This document shows positions 10,701 to 22,292 of a stretch of DNA of 64,000 nt, piece after piece. The notes beneath the pieces are model-generated. The model was given only the letters and a program-made list of their open reading frames with translations. It was not told the origin of the DNA and made no database searches. A program made the translations under genes and the position numbers. Numbering within the stretch: position 1 is the stretch's first letter; the number at the start of each line of letters is the position of its first letter. The stretch comes from Antedon mediterranea (Eukaryota > Animalia > Echinodermata): positions 450,422 through 514,421 of the forward strand of contig NC_092678.1 of assembly GCF_964355755.1 (NCBI RefSeq), given 5' to 3'.

Positions 10701-11330
10701 GTTGCTAGGAAGATACAAAGACAGGTAAATAGTGGTTCCTAGGAAGATACAAAGACAGGTAAATAGTGGTTGCTAGGAAGATACAAAGACAGGTAAATAG
10801 TGGTTCCTAGGAAGATACAAAGACAGGTAAATAGTGGTTGCTAGGAAGATACAAAGACAGGTAAATAGTGGTTCCTAGGAAGATACAAAGACAGGTAAAT
10901 AGTGGTTGCTAGGAAGATACAAAGACAGGTAAATAGTGGTTCCTAGGAAGATACAAAGACAGGTAAATAGTGGTTCCTAGGAAGATACAAAGACAGGTAA
11001 ATAGTGGTTCCTAGGAAGATACAAAGACAGGTAAATAGTGGTTCCTAGGAAGATACAAAGACAGGTAAATAGTGGTTCCTAGGAAGATACAAAGACAGGT
11101 AAATAGTGGTTGCTAGGAAGATACAAAGACAGGTAAATAGTGGTTCCTAGGAAGATACAAAGACAGGTAAATAGTGGTTCCTAGGAAGATACAAAGACAG
11201 GTAAATAGTGGTTCCTAGGAAGATACAAAGACAGGTAAATAGTGGTTCCTAGGAAGATACAAAGACAGGTAAATAGTGGTTCCTAGGAAGATACAAAGAC
11301 AGGTAAATAGTGGTTGCTAGGAAGATACAA
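7781..11330. repeat. 34-bp minisatellite, right part (~104 copies)
   Basis: Same unit as 148-1163, resumes in register after the TSD. Confidence 0.98.
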
Positions 11331-11403
11331 GAGCATCAACAATCACATAAATCTACACATGCAATTTTCTAACACAAACTGTATATTTAAATAACACAAC
11401 ACA

Positions 11404-11935
11404 TACCGTAAATCTCCTAATAGTAACTCACACTCCAATAGTAACTCACACTCCAATAGTAACTCACACTCCAATAGTAACTCACACTCCAATAGTAACC
11501 CCCTTTCTAATAGTAACCCACCTTATAAATCAATCTATAATAATGACCCACTACTCTAATAGTAACCCACCTTATAAGTCAATCTATAATAATGACCAAC
11601 TACTCTAATTAATTGTAACCCATGATGATGATGATGCAGCCATATTTTGAAAATAAGGAGATGTTGATCTTGGGAGTGAGGGAGGATTGAGTGTTTTTGA
11701 GTTTATAAAATAAAGTTAGAGTTCAAACAAATTTGTTTATTCGTACTGTTTTATTATTTTGCTATGAGTTGCTGACCGAAAAAGTTGGGGGTGGGTTACT
11801 ATTTTCAGGTGTCTAATTAAAGATTAGTAATAGTAACCCACTACTCTAATAGTAACCCACTACTCTAATAGTAACCCACCCTAAAAAACAATCAAAGAAT
11901 AATAACTCAGGGTTACAATTAGAAGATTTACGGTA
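11404..11935. mobile_element. Non-autonomous Tc1/mariner-pogo-like element with internal ~18-bp repeats
   Basis: TA-CCGTAAATCTCCTAATAGTAAC vs GTTACAATTAGAAGATTTACGG-TA inverted ends (23/26); internal AATAGTAACTCACACTCC repeats. Confidence 0.75.
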
Positions 11936-12155
11936 GATCATTTTAAGTTCAGGCTAATACTAATTAATACTTTCTGATATTTTTGGCAGCGCCATGAGCA
12001 ATGACTGTTGGAATGGCACTATATAAATCAAACGATTGATTGATTGATTAAATACTAGAAAACTATATATATATTGCTTACCACTTTGAACTTTAGTATG
12101 TGGGTTGGTGAGTCTGGGTATAAACTGACTGACTGGTAATATATATATTGCTTAC

Positions 12156-15100
12156 CACTTTGAACTTTAGTATGTGGGTAGGTGAGTCTGGGTGTAAACT
12201 GACTGACTGGCAGGATTTCCAGTTTTATCTGCTCCAAAGCGGATTGAAGTAGTTGCATCGCCTCGGCAACAGTCATACTATCTGTTGTGCTGCCATCTAT
12301 AGCTCTTATTTCATCACCAATATGCAGGGCTCCACATCTAAATGAAAGCATGGTTATTAGTACATTTCTTTTAATAGGATAGAAAGTTTGTTGTTTTTAA
12401 CTGATTGACTTAGGATGTGTCTAGGGCCCTGTTTAGTTATTTACCAAGGTATGATGGTGACCTACACACCAAGATATTGATAATTGCCTCATGAAACGTA
12501 TTCAATCAAAACTCCCAAGTACCGTACTCTCTGAAAACCGGAAACTTTCCCAAAATCATACCTTTCTTGAGGTCCAACAAGTTCCCAAATACATTTTTAC
12601 CATTAGAATCACATTGCAAATACCAGAGTTTTCATAAAACCAGACATATTTGGCGAGCCCAAAGGTGTCTGATATTAGGAGAGTCGACTGTAATATTGTG
12701 AACAAAAGCTAAGCAAAATAACTGAAAAGTAATAATATTGTAAGTACCCGTACCTATCAGCAATACTGGCAGGTTTGATACTGTCAATCACGACGCAAGG
12801 CTTGCCCGCCCTCATCGTTGAATTTAAACTGACACCTAGATGAGCACCTGGTGTTTTAGCGACTTCTATAAGTAACGGGCCGTTGGCATTGGTTACGGCA
12901 TCTGATAAAATAAGAAAGGATAATTAAAGACAGATATAATAAGGCTTGGTATCAGATGAGAATAAAATAATTTAATACAAAACTTTTACAAAAATACTTT
13001 TTCTCACTAATATTTTATAGAAGCAACACTTTCACGTTTCATGCAAATATTTAGGGAATTTACCTTAAGTTTCCATCTATGTATGCATTGGAAAATTGTA
13101 AAAATATTCTTAAAAAATGATCTATATTAAAAAGTTGGTTGTGAAATCAACTATTGTGATAAATATATCACAAAGATGATTTACAATGATTATGATGTAG
13201 CCACAAGAAATGAAGTTGTTCTTGCAAGAGGGAACAATCTCTGTTTAAGCCACCGTGTTGTCAAAGGCCTCTGTAAAAAAGTGGTCAGGTTGACCCCTTA
13301 CCAACCATACTGGTGGTTACGGCTCTGATGATATGATAGTGATGTTGGTTAATGATATGTATGACAACCTTACCCATAACTGACACGTCATATTCAAGGA
13401 CAAAGACAGCCTCTTGTGCAGCCTGGCTAATCACTGTCAATGCTTCCTGATGACCATGTTTGTTGAGTGTTATTCCACCCACACTTACAATATGATCACC
13501 TATCTTCATTGTACCTTCCCTAAAAAAACGAAAAAGCAGTTTAAATTTTATCTTGAAAATGGGTATTAAAAATAAGCTTTGAGTTGCCTGTATTTATTCA
13601 TTCTGTACATACACTTTCAGTACTTGTGTACTGTTTTTAAAAGTTGAATAGTTACATAAAAAAAACAATTTAACAGTACAAAACAATGTAAAAATTGCAT
13701 GATAAAATTATGAATTAAGAGCCTTTTCAATAACAACTGATTTGAGTTGACTGATTGGGAAAGTCAAATACACACAAAATGCATTCATTTTCTTACCTGT
13801 CAGCTGGTCCACCAGTACGTATTTGAGTGACAGTTATTGGGCGTGTCTTAGAGGCATCGCTGTGAACACCTCCTCTGATTGTAAACCCGTAACCCATACC
13901 TTCTTTTGGTAGACAAACCTCAATCAGTTTGGTTAGCACCTGTATTCCATTCTCTTCAGCTGAGAAAATCAAGGTAAACAAGTTTAATTTTTGCTGGCAG
14001 TGGCGTAACGCAGAGGCCCCTCAAAGGGAACCCTAAGACTCAAGAGGCCCCCGCTTTTAGCCTGTTTTTTTCTCTGGACACTGCTCAGGGGCCCCATAAG
14101 CTCCGGGGCCCCTGGGTTTAGCCAGTGAGCACTCATTAGCCATTACGTTACTGGTCGCTGCAATCAGAAATGAGGATGTATTCGTATTTGATTTCTGAGA
14201 ATACTGACTTTCAAACTTACGCATCATTGGCACCTCATACTCAATCAGCAGGTTTACAACATCACCTGCATTTTTCAAAAGGTTAATGACCTCATCATGA
14301 CGTAATCCTGTTGTCTTGATGGCATTGACGGCTTTGATTAAGTCGCCTACTTGTAATAGATCACTTCGTTGGGCGATACCACCAGCACGCATCTTAGACA
14401 CACGTGGGGATCCATCTTTATCTACACCACCTATTTTAAAATAAATTCAATACTGGTTGTTAACATCAGAATTTTCTGTTTGCTGTTGTAGTCTAGCAAC
14501 TAAAAAGTATGGCTATATCAATAAATATTTATTTGCAAAAATTCACGGGTGTTGTGTTCTTGTACCTGATATAGTTAGTCCAAAAACGAGGAGATCTTAT
14601 GAAAGTATGGCCATTCAATAAATATTTATTTTTTAAAATCATGTGAATTTGTAGTACCTGATATAGTGAGTCCAAATCCGATACCAGATCTCTTTTCCAA
14701 TCTCACCTGGGTTGATACCTTTCTTTCTTCTGAAAAATAAAAAAGAAACACAATTACAATTGTAAATCTTGTTAACTTATCATTTAACAACTGATACAAA
14801 TAATTTTAATTCTTGTTATAAGTAATAACTGACCTGCAATACTACTCCTTCTACTCTTTCCTCCTTCACTTGAATCACTCTCAACATTCCTCTTGTTTCC
14901 ATCGTTCCTTTCATCTTTTTCTGAAAAAAAAAACAACAAATTGATGAGTTTGTTTAAGTCCAAGTTAAGTCTGAAAACAATAGACCAATTTTCAAGTGAA
15001 TCAAACACTTGAGATCAAATAACCGTTATTCCGCGTTGCAGCTAAAAGTTGCCCAGCAATAACCGGTTAAGTGGCATTCTAACACAGAATCGATTGGGTG

Positions 15101-18100
15101 TTTTTAACCGTTATTTTCCGGCTGCCATTTTCTGATCCCAAGAAATTGGGGTTAAATTATTCACATGGTAACTAACTGGTTATTTCTTTGCAACAGAAAC
15201 AGGACATTTGTAACTTAAAATTTGGCAAACATACTGCGACATGGGTGAAGGTTTTTTTGTCAGTTTTCACTTTCATTACAACCTAATGATATCCACATGT
15301 GGTCACAATCAAAATCTGATTTTATTAATGTTTTATCTTTTTTAATTGACATGCTGTACTGTTTTGATATCAATAACAGGAAATGAGAGGCCCATTATGC
15401 AGCACACATAGTGAAGCAATAAGCAAGTGCTTAAACTATAGCTTGAGATAAGAAGTAAACTTGGATTTCAACATCCATCATCGAGTGTCAATGGAACGCA
15501 AAAGTTTGATAACAATGCATATTTAAATCATAATACAAATAGATCTATACTGTAAACGATCTCATACAAATAATAAAATGGGTAAAAATAACTATATTAT
15601 TACATTGCATTACATCCCAATAACAACACTGACAATACACTTGTATTTACTGAGGTACTCGCACGTTGCTAATGCACAAATTCTCATGAGCTCCACATGG
15701 GTGGGGGGGACATCGGCGCTATACAAGTTTTCATTTATTATTATTATTTATTACTTGCCGCAGCTATACAGTAACATGGATAGTCATTTATTAGCTACAG
15801 TATACTAATGCAACACATTACTTGCAGCTATACAGTAACATGGATAGTCATTTATTAGCTACAGTATACCAGAGAAAAATTTCATTTTAAAATTTTGTTT
15901 AGCAATATTGCGAATCAAACTGATTTTTTAGTCGAGAATCATAGTTTTCTATCGTATTTTTGTAGAAATGTGTAGCAAGAAGAAGGTTGTTTTGTATAGC
16001 TTTTTGCTATGCTACACTGGCGAAATTATTCCCTGGTATACTAATGCAACACATTACTTGCAGGAGCTCTATACAGTACATGGATAGTCATTTATTAGCT
16101 ACAGTATACTAATGCAACACATTAGCATTATAATAAATAGAACTTATTTTTACAAACCTATATATATATAAATATACTGTATTTTACATCATAAAATGGG
16201 TAAAAATACTAACAATACTGACAGTACACTATTAGATTTCCCGAGATAGTTAATCATTAGCTATAATAATACAACAAATTTTAAAGGTAAAGGTCATAGG
16301 GTAATGAGCTGTTACATAGGAGCTCATTATAACACAGTAACTGTCATACAAGTTATTTTACCAACCTAGCTGTAGGATTTTAACCCTGTTCATCTTTCCT
16401 AACAACAAACCTCTCTGACGGCTATGGTTTTGTTAAGCAGAATTTTTCTCTAGGGAACATCACTGTTAATACTCCATTTATTCATGCGTAAACATTTTAT
16501 TTGTCAGGCTAACAAAATAGAGTATCTAGAGTTTTGTTTAGTAAACACTAAAAAACAGCTAATTCTATGATTGTGGTCATCTGCCCTACAGTGGGATCAA
16601 TCCTAATTGACTAAGTAACAAACTTAAGTTAGTACTTAAACTGTACAGTATTAAGTAAGTAAATCAATTAATTACTGTGACTTTTGGTAATGAATTGAAG
16701 AAATTCATTCAAATTTAAATAGTTGATACCAAAAGTAAGTCTTACTCAACATGGTATTTGAACTTATGTTAGTACTTAAACTGTACAGCAAGTATTAAAG
16801 TACAAATTACTACTGAACATTATATATAGCTAAAAGATTACCAAAGATAAAAGCCCAGTACCCACGAATACCATGGCTCATCGTTTTCCTTCTGTAATCC
16901 TTTACACTCTAGAACTCTCCAGCACTAATGTACACTACTATGATATTAACGTTTAGTATTATATCAGCAGCCTATCAAGCACCTGCTTATGCAAAATTAA
17001 TGAGAGACGAATTCTTTATAAAAGAGATTTATTGCATTGTTGTACACTGAATCATACTTGAAAGAGTACAGATTTGGGATCAGATTTTGTGTGGAAGTAC
17101 TGTACACTATCATTACACAGTGAGAACTTGGTGAAGCATGTGTATATTGTACTGACATGTAATATCCTAAAATATGTTATAAAACATAAAGAAAAATAAG
17201 GACATAGAACCAATCCTGAACTAATTAGTAATATAAAAATACAGAATTCAGTTAATAACGCCTGTACAAAGTATTTATCCTTTTGTCAAAATTAGTCATA
17301 AATTATAACATAAAGAAGAAAGGAGAATTCATAACCAATCCTGTACCTCTCTCTCAGATACAGAGTTCAGTTCAAACTTCTGTATACAGTTACCCTTTTG
17401 TCAAAACTAGTTTCACAGTCAAATTTATTGAATAAAAAGAGAATACAAAAGAAAGATCTGAAGCATCACAAAGTGACAGAATCAAACTATGACTGAATTG
17501 TTCATCACTCTGTCTTTATCTATTCACAAGAGCTTTAAGTGAATTTCTATTCACGCTGCTTTCAATTCATTTAATCAACTACTAAATTTACTGCAGTAAC
17601 CTTCATTACTAAATACTCTAGGCCTATGTATGAACAAGTGATTGATGCAGTAATTAAAGTAAAAATGACAAAGTTGTTAATCAACAGAGAAATTAGAGAC
17701 AGTATTCACTTACCCCAGTATTCATTTTTACCAAATCTAACTTTCTTCTTTTTACTTTTCCAAAATTTAAACATTCTCTCAAAAATTGATAATATGCGAT
17801 GCGATAATATAAAAATAAAATCACCAAATTCACATAAAGGAAATATTCACAATGAGCTGGCAAAACTAGAACAAAAAGATGAACTAAAGCTTGGGAAAAT
17901 CTGGGTACTACCGCATCTACCGGTAATAAAAAACATGTTCTATGTAAAGAATATAAGCAGACAGAGTTTAATAACCGTGCCAATAGATCCTGATGTAGAG
18001 ATATGTAGATTACAGGAAACTATTAACAGGCAAAATATAATGAGTTATTGAACCACTGGCAGCAACACTCACTGATAACAATCTAATTGTCAAAACCTAT

Positions 18101-20678
18101 ATAAATCCTAAACACTTGAGTGGGTACGTTATCCAGCCACGATGAATGAAGGGAAACACAAAAATACTGAACAATGTGGATCAACAAACAAAATAAAGTT
18201 AGCAATATTAGACTATACGTATGATAAAGTAGTTAAGTTAGTGAAACAATCACTAATTAACTATACAATAACAGGGGCCTAAATACAGTATATAGGGTGA
18301 GGGGGATATGCAGACTACCAAGGCCGGTAACGGGACGATTCGGCCCTGAGACGATTCGGCCCGGGACGATTCGGCCCTAGGACTATTCGGCCCTGAGACG
18401 ATTCGGCCCGGGACGATTCGGCCCTAGGACTATTCGGCCCTGAGACGATTCGGCCCGGGACGATTCGGCCCTAGGACTATTCGGCCCGGGACTATTCGGC
18501 CTGGGACGATTCGGCCCTGAGACGATTCGGCCCTAGGACTATTCGGCCCGGGACGATTCGGCCCTGAGACGAATCGGCACACTTAAATTTATCGGCTTTG
18601 ATATGAATTTTATAAGCATAAAATAAGCTTTTTTCCCTAAACTTTATTTTCAGAGAGACGATAGGGTACAGTAGTAATAAAGATGCAACAAAGCAAACCT
18701 TTTGAAACTATCATTTTTTAAGGTCGAATAGTCCCGGGCTGAATAGTCCTAGGGTCGAATAGTCCCGGGCTGAATAGTCCTAGGGTCGAATAGTCCCGGG
18801 CTGAATAGTCCTAGGGTCGAATAGTCCCGGGCTGAATAGTCCTAGGGTCGAATAGTCCCGGGCTGAATAGTCCTAGGGTCGAATAGTCCCGGGCTGAATA
18901 GTCCTAGGGTCGAATAGTCCCGGGCTGAATAGTCCTAGGGTCGAATAGTCCCGGGCTGAATAGTCCTAGGGTCGAATAGTCCCGGGCTGAATAGTCCTAG
19001 GGTCGAATAGTCCCGGGCTGAATAGTCCTAGGGCTGAATAGTCCTAGGGTCGAATAGTCCCGGGCTGAATAGTCCTAGGGTCGAATAGTCCCGGGCTGAA
19101 TAGTCCTAGGGTCGAATAGTCCCGGGCTGAATAGTCCTAGGGTCGAATAGTCCCGGGCTGAATAGTCCTAGGGTCGAATAGTCCCGGGCTGAATAGTCCT
19201 AGCGTCGAATAGTCCCGGCCTGAATCGTCCTAGGGTCGAATTGTCCTGGAACCACCCATGCCCACCTAAAAAATGTCGAAAAAAATTGCAGTGCAGAAGG
19301 ATAGGAAATTAGATTAAGTTCACACTTAAAAATGTTTAGGCCCCTATTTTAAAATCTCGGATCTGCACTGAATTCTGTTGATTATTTGCAATAAACTTCA
19401 GACAGTACTGCAGTAGTATGGGTTGATGCAGCAGAATAATTTTCGTACTGTAAGGTTTCAAAACCTGTCATTAAGTTATCATTACTTTACCAATTTGTCT
19501 ATTAGTTTGTCTTGCTCAAAACATTTAAACACTAATGCATTTTCAATTAATAGAGTAGATTGACAGACAGTGTCACTAAAGTTATCTTATCGTTATTTAC
19601 AAACTTGTGCCTGCTAATGTCATCCAGAATTAACTCTTTCAAGAATGGGGTCAAAGTGGGATCAAAATAAACACAGTTACTACTCAGTCGTCTTGCACTA
19701 TTTTTGAACAAGTTTTTAATTAAAAAAATTACAGTTTAAAATAAACCATACACAGTGTGGCATGAATCAAAAGACATTCATTTTATCTGATAAAAAAAAC
19801 AACGGCTTAAATTGAATTTATGTAATGTAAATATAAACTTAAAAACAAATAGCATATGAAAAACAATTCAAATTTATCAATTTATTCCTAAAAAATGTAT
19901 GGAATTTAGACAATGTTGGATACATTTTTATGATCTCTAATGAAGTATCCTTCTAAACATGTAGAATTTTAGTAACATATCATTTTACATAATTAGGTAG
20001 CTTTGCACAAGAACTCCAAATACTAATAAGAAATTAGCACTCACAAGAGGCTGGCTAATTGGCCATCAAAGAAACGTTTGTTGTACTTAAGGTTCAAAGA
20101 ATGTACTTAATTTAAAGATATCCACTTGCTTAAATTAATGTATTGTACAGTATAACACTGTACACATGGTACTTTTAAACAGTAACTATATTTATTTGAG
20201 AAAATGAGATATATATTTTACTTAACTGTTGAATTTAACTGAATGATATAATACTTATAATTACACCTTTTGTATCTGTCGTCTACAATGGGTCTAGCGA
20301 TAAATGCACTTTTCATTACCAAACTATTTTTTCAAGTTAGCCTGTCTCTTAATTAAATTATTATTTAATTAACACATTCACAAACAACAATCATTATTAT
20401 ACATCATCATCATAAATTAAATGATTCAATTTGTTTACTTTTATTTTATACTTTTTAGATCATCATGAAATGTAGTCTGGCAGGTGTACATATAGTAAGG
20501 CCTAGGCCCACAAGAGTAGTCAGCGCCACATTGATAATAGGTCTGCCTGCTGGGCGGGCTGGCATGGACCACAAGGTAATTTGTAATTTAGTAATGGTTA
20601 GCCTAGGCCTAACAAAACAAGTAAGAATGATGGCTTACCTGGTGAAGGTTTTAGACATGAAGGCAGCCAAACCGGCAT
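12156..20678 (-). CDS. GRIP1: Glutamate receptor-interacting protein (GRIP1/2 homologue), 5' part with PDZ1-3; gene continues left of window
   Basis: Exons 20678-20639, 14920-14834, 14729-14658, 14430-14221, 13959-13797, 13519-13374, 12901-12754, 12337-12156, GT-AG, phase-compatible. [58 protein letters not shown] match GRIP PDZ1-3. Confidence 0.92.
12503..12692. mobile_element. Tigger/pogo-like MITE (related shorter copy at 21527-21621)
   Basis: Ends ...GAGAGTCGACTG-TA; sister copy begins CAGTCAACTCTC; shared AAAACCAGACAT motif. Left end degenerate. Confidence 0.5.
13998..14153. mobile_element. hAT-like MITE
   Basis: CAGTGGCGTAA...TTACGTTACTG inverted ends, internal GGGGCCCC motifs; 8-bp flanks match only 5/8. 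Confidence 0.6.
15760..16125. repeat. ~64-bp tandem repeat x3, second copy interrupted by a MITE
   Basis: GCTATACAGTAACATGGATAGTCATTTATTAGCTACAGTATACTAATGCAACACATTA repeated. Confidence 0.85.
15870..16035. mobile_element. 166-bp MITE flanked by duplicated GTATAC
   Basis: CAGAGAAAAATTTC / GAAATTATTCCCTG inverted ends (12/14); sister repeat copies show the empty site. Confidence 0.8.
18326..19253. mobile_element. Foldback-type element with inverted arms made of 15/16-bp tandem repeats
   Basis: Left arm GGGACGATTCGGCCC-type units (18326-18579), ~140-bp AT-rich spacer, right arm of reverse-complement units as a 31-bp dimer (18721-19253); ends GGT...ACC; flanks ACCAAGGCC/ACCCATGCC. Confidence 0.85.
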
Positions 20679-21944
20679 TATAAACTGTAAAGACACTGGA
20701 AATACTACACATCCAGTTAACGCCCCTTACAAATGATCATAATACACCGATTTCTTTTAACAATTAAAAGTCGTAATTCCTTTTTGTAGGCCTACCGCAT
20801 ATGATCAATGACAAACCGACCTTGTAAAAACAAACTTCATGGCGTGTGACTTTGGAATAACCTTTGACCTGTAAATACCTGCAACTGATTGGTCGAATGT
20901 TGGCCTTTAATTATTGAAAGTTATAAAACATAAAAACAACTTTTAAGTGTTGGTTTATGTATATTATTTCATTGTTTTGCCTGTGCTTGTTGAAATACAT
21001 ATTTTAAAGTATAATATACACAGTAATTGAAGGAATATTTACTTCACTGAGCGCATTGACACAACATTGATTGTGGAACATGCTTCGGCTTATTAACATT
21101 ACAGTAGTCCCAGTTTGTTAGTTTTTGTCCAAAAGTCGGACGCAATACAAAAAATACACAACGTATGATTTCTGTTACTTTCATTTTTATTTTCGAATCA
21201 TGAAAAAGTACCGATCTTGCATAAAGAACAAGACAGAATTTGCATAGCTAGATGATAATTCAATCTTAAATTCTCCCAATGAACAACTATCAGGGCACAT
21301 GTATATTATCTGCAAAGCCCCCTGTAAACAACTCCTGAACACCCACCCACCAACCAATGCACATGCTGACCTAACAATGACCTCATAAACAAACAAACAA
21401 ATCAGCATCAGTATCTTATTTTCATTTGCACTAAAAGTTCTTTTTTATATTTACAATATTTACAAATTATTCATTTTCAATATTTTATGCAAAACAATAC
21501 AGGCATTCTATACAATGCAAATGTTCAGTCAACTCTCGCAAAACCAGACTTTTGAAATACCAACATTTTTGGAAAACCAGACATAGTCAGCCTAAGAGTG
21601 TCCCGTATTGGAAGAGTTGACTTTTATTATTTTAAAAAAAAAGGAGGGAAGAAATTTGGTCTTGTTTGTTTACTCAAATAAATACACTAATCTTCATTCA
21701 AATCCACACCAAGTCAAGCTTAATGGTTTAATTATATGTAGTCATTCATTTTGGCATATATGGCATGTCATTTTTACTTACATAATTACTTGAGACAAAT
21801 GTAGTAAATATGGCACAACTGTTGCCTTTAGGGGTGGATATAGAAGAATCAACGCATGTTATCATGGACGCAATGTTAGCCTCAAAAGCAAGAGTATAAA
21901 TAATTAATACATAGTGTTTCCATAAATATTCTAATTCTACTACC

Positions 21945-22082
21945 TTGTCTACACTATCAAACTTTATGTGACAAAAAAATGGGATGTGCTCATATATGGT
22001 AATGATAATGTCATATCACTACCATATTAGGGCACATCACGCTTTTTTGACAAACTAGTTTAATAGTGTAGACAGAACTTAA
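21945..22082. mobile_element. ~130-bp MITE family A (TIR GCTCTGTCTACACTATCAAAC)
   Basis: Same TIR and CATATTTGGGCACATCAC core in seven copies in the window. Confidence 0.8.
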
Positions 22083-22292
22083 GGCACGTTTAAGTTAATC
22101 TGGTGTACATTATGTATTTCTACAAGTTTGTTGAGGAAAGACAAACTTCATCTTATAACGACATGTTATAGCACCCTCTATAGTTGGCTTTCTGGACCAA
22201 TTATCGCTAACTTTGGTGGGCTTTGGTCGCTAACTCACCCGGGTAAATGACTAAGCCCCATGCGCGCTATGGCAGAATGGCAAGCAGTTTAT

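Noticed and set aside
148-11330. 34-bp repeats as a CRISPR array
   Set aside because: No spacers, no cas genes, eukaryotic intron.
16741-16890. Alternative GRIP first exons (ATGTTGA|GTAAG; ATGAGCCAT...)
   Set aside because: Too short, no homology or promoter evidence.
17626-18051. 141-aa + strand ORF in GRIP intron 1
   Set aside because: AT-driven composition, no recognisable domain or splice structure.
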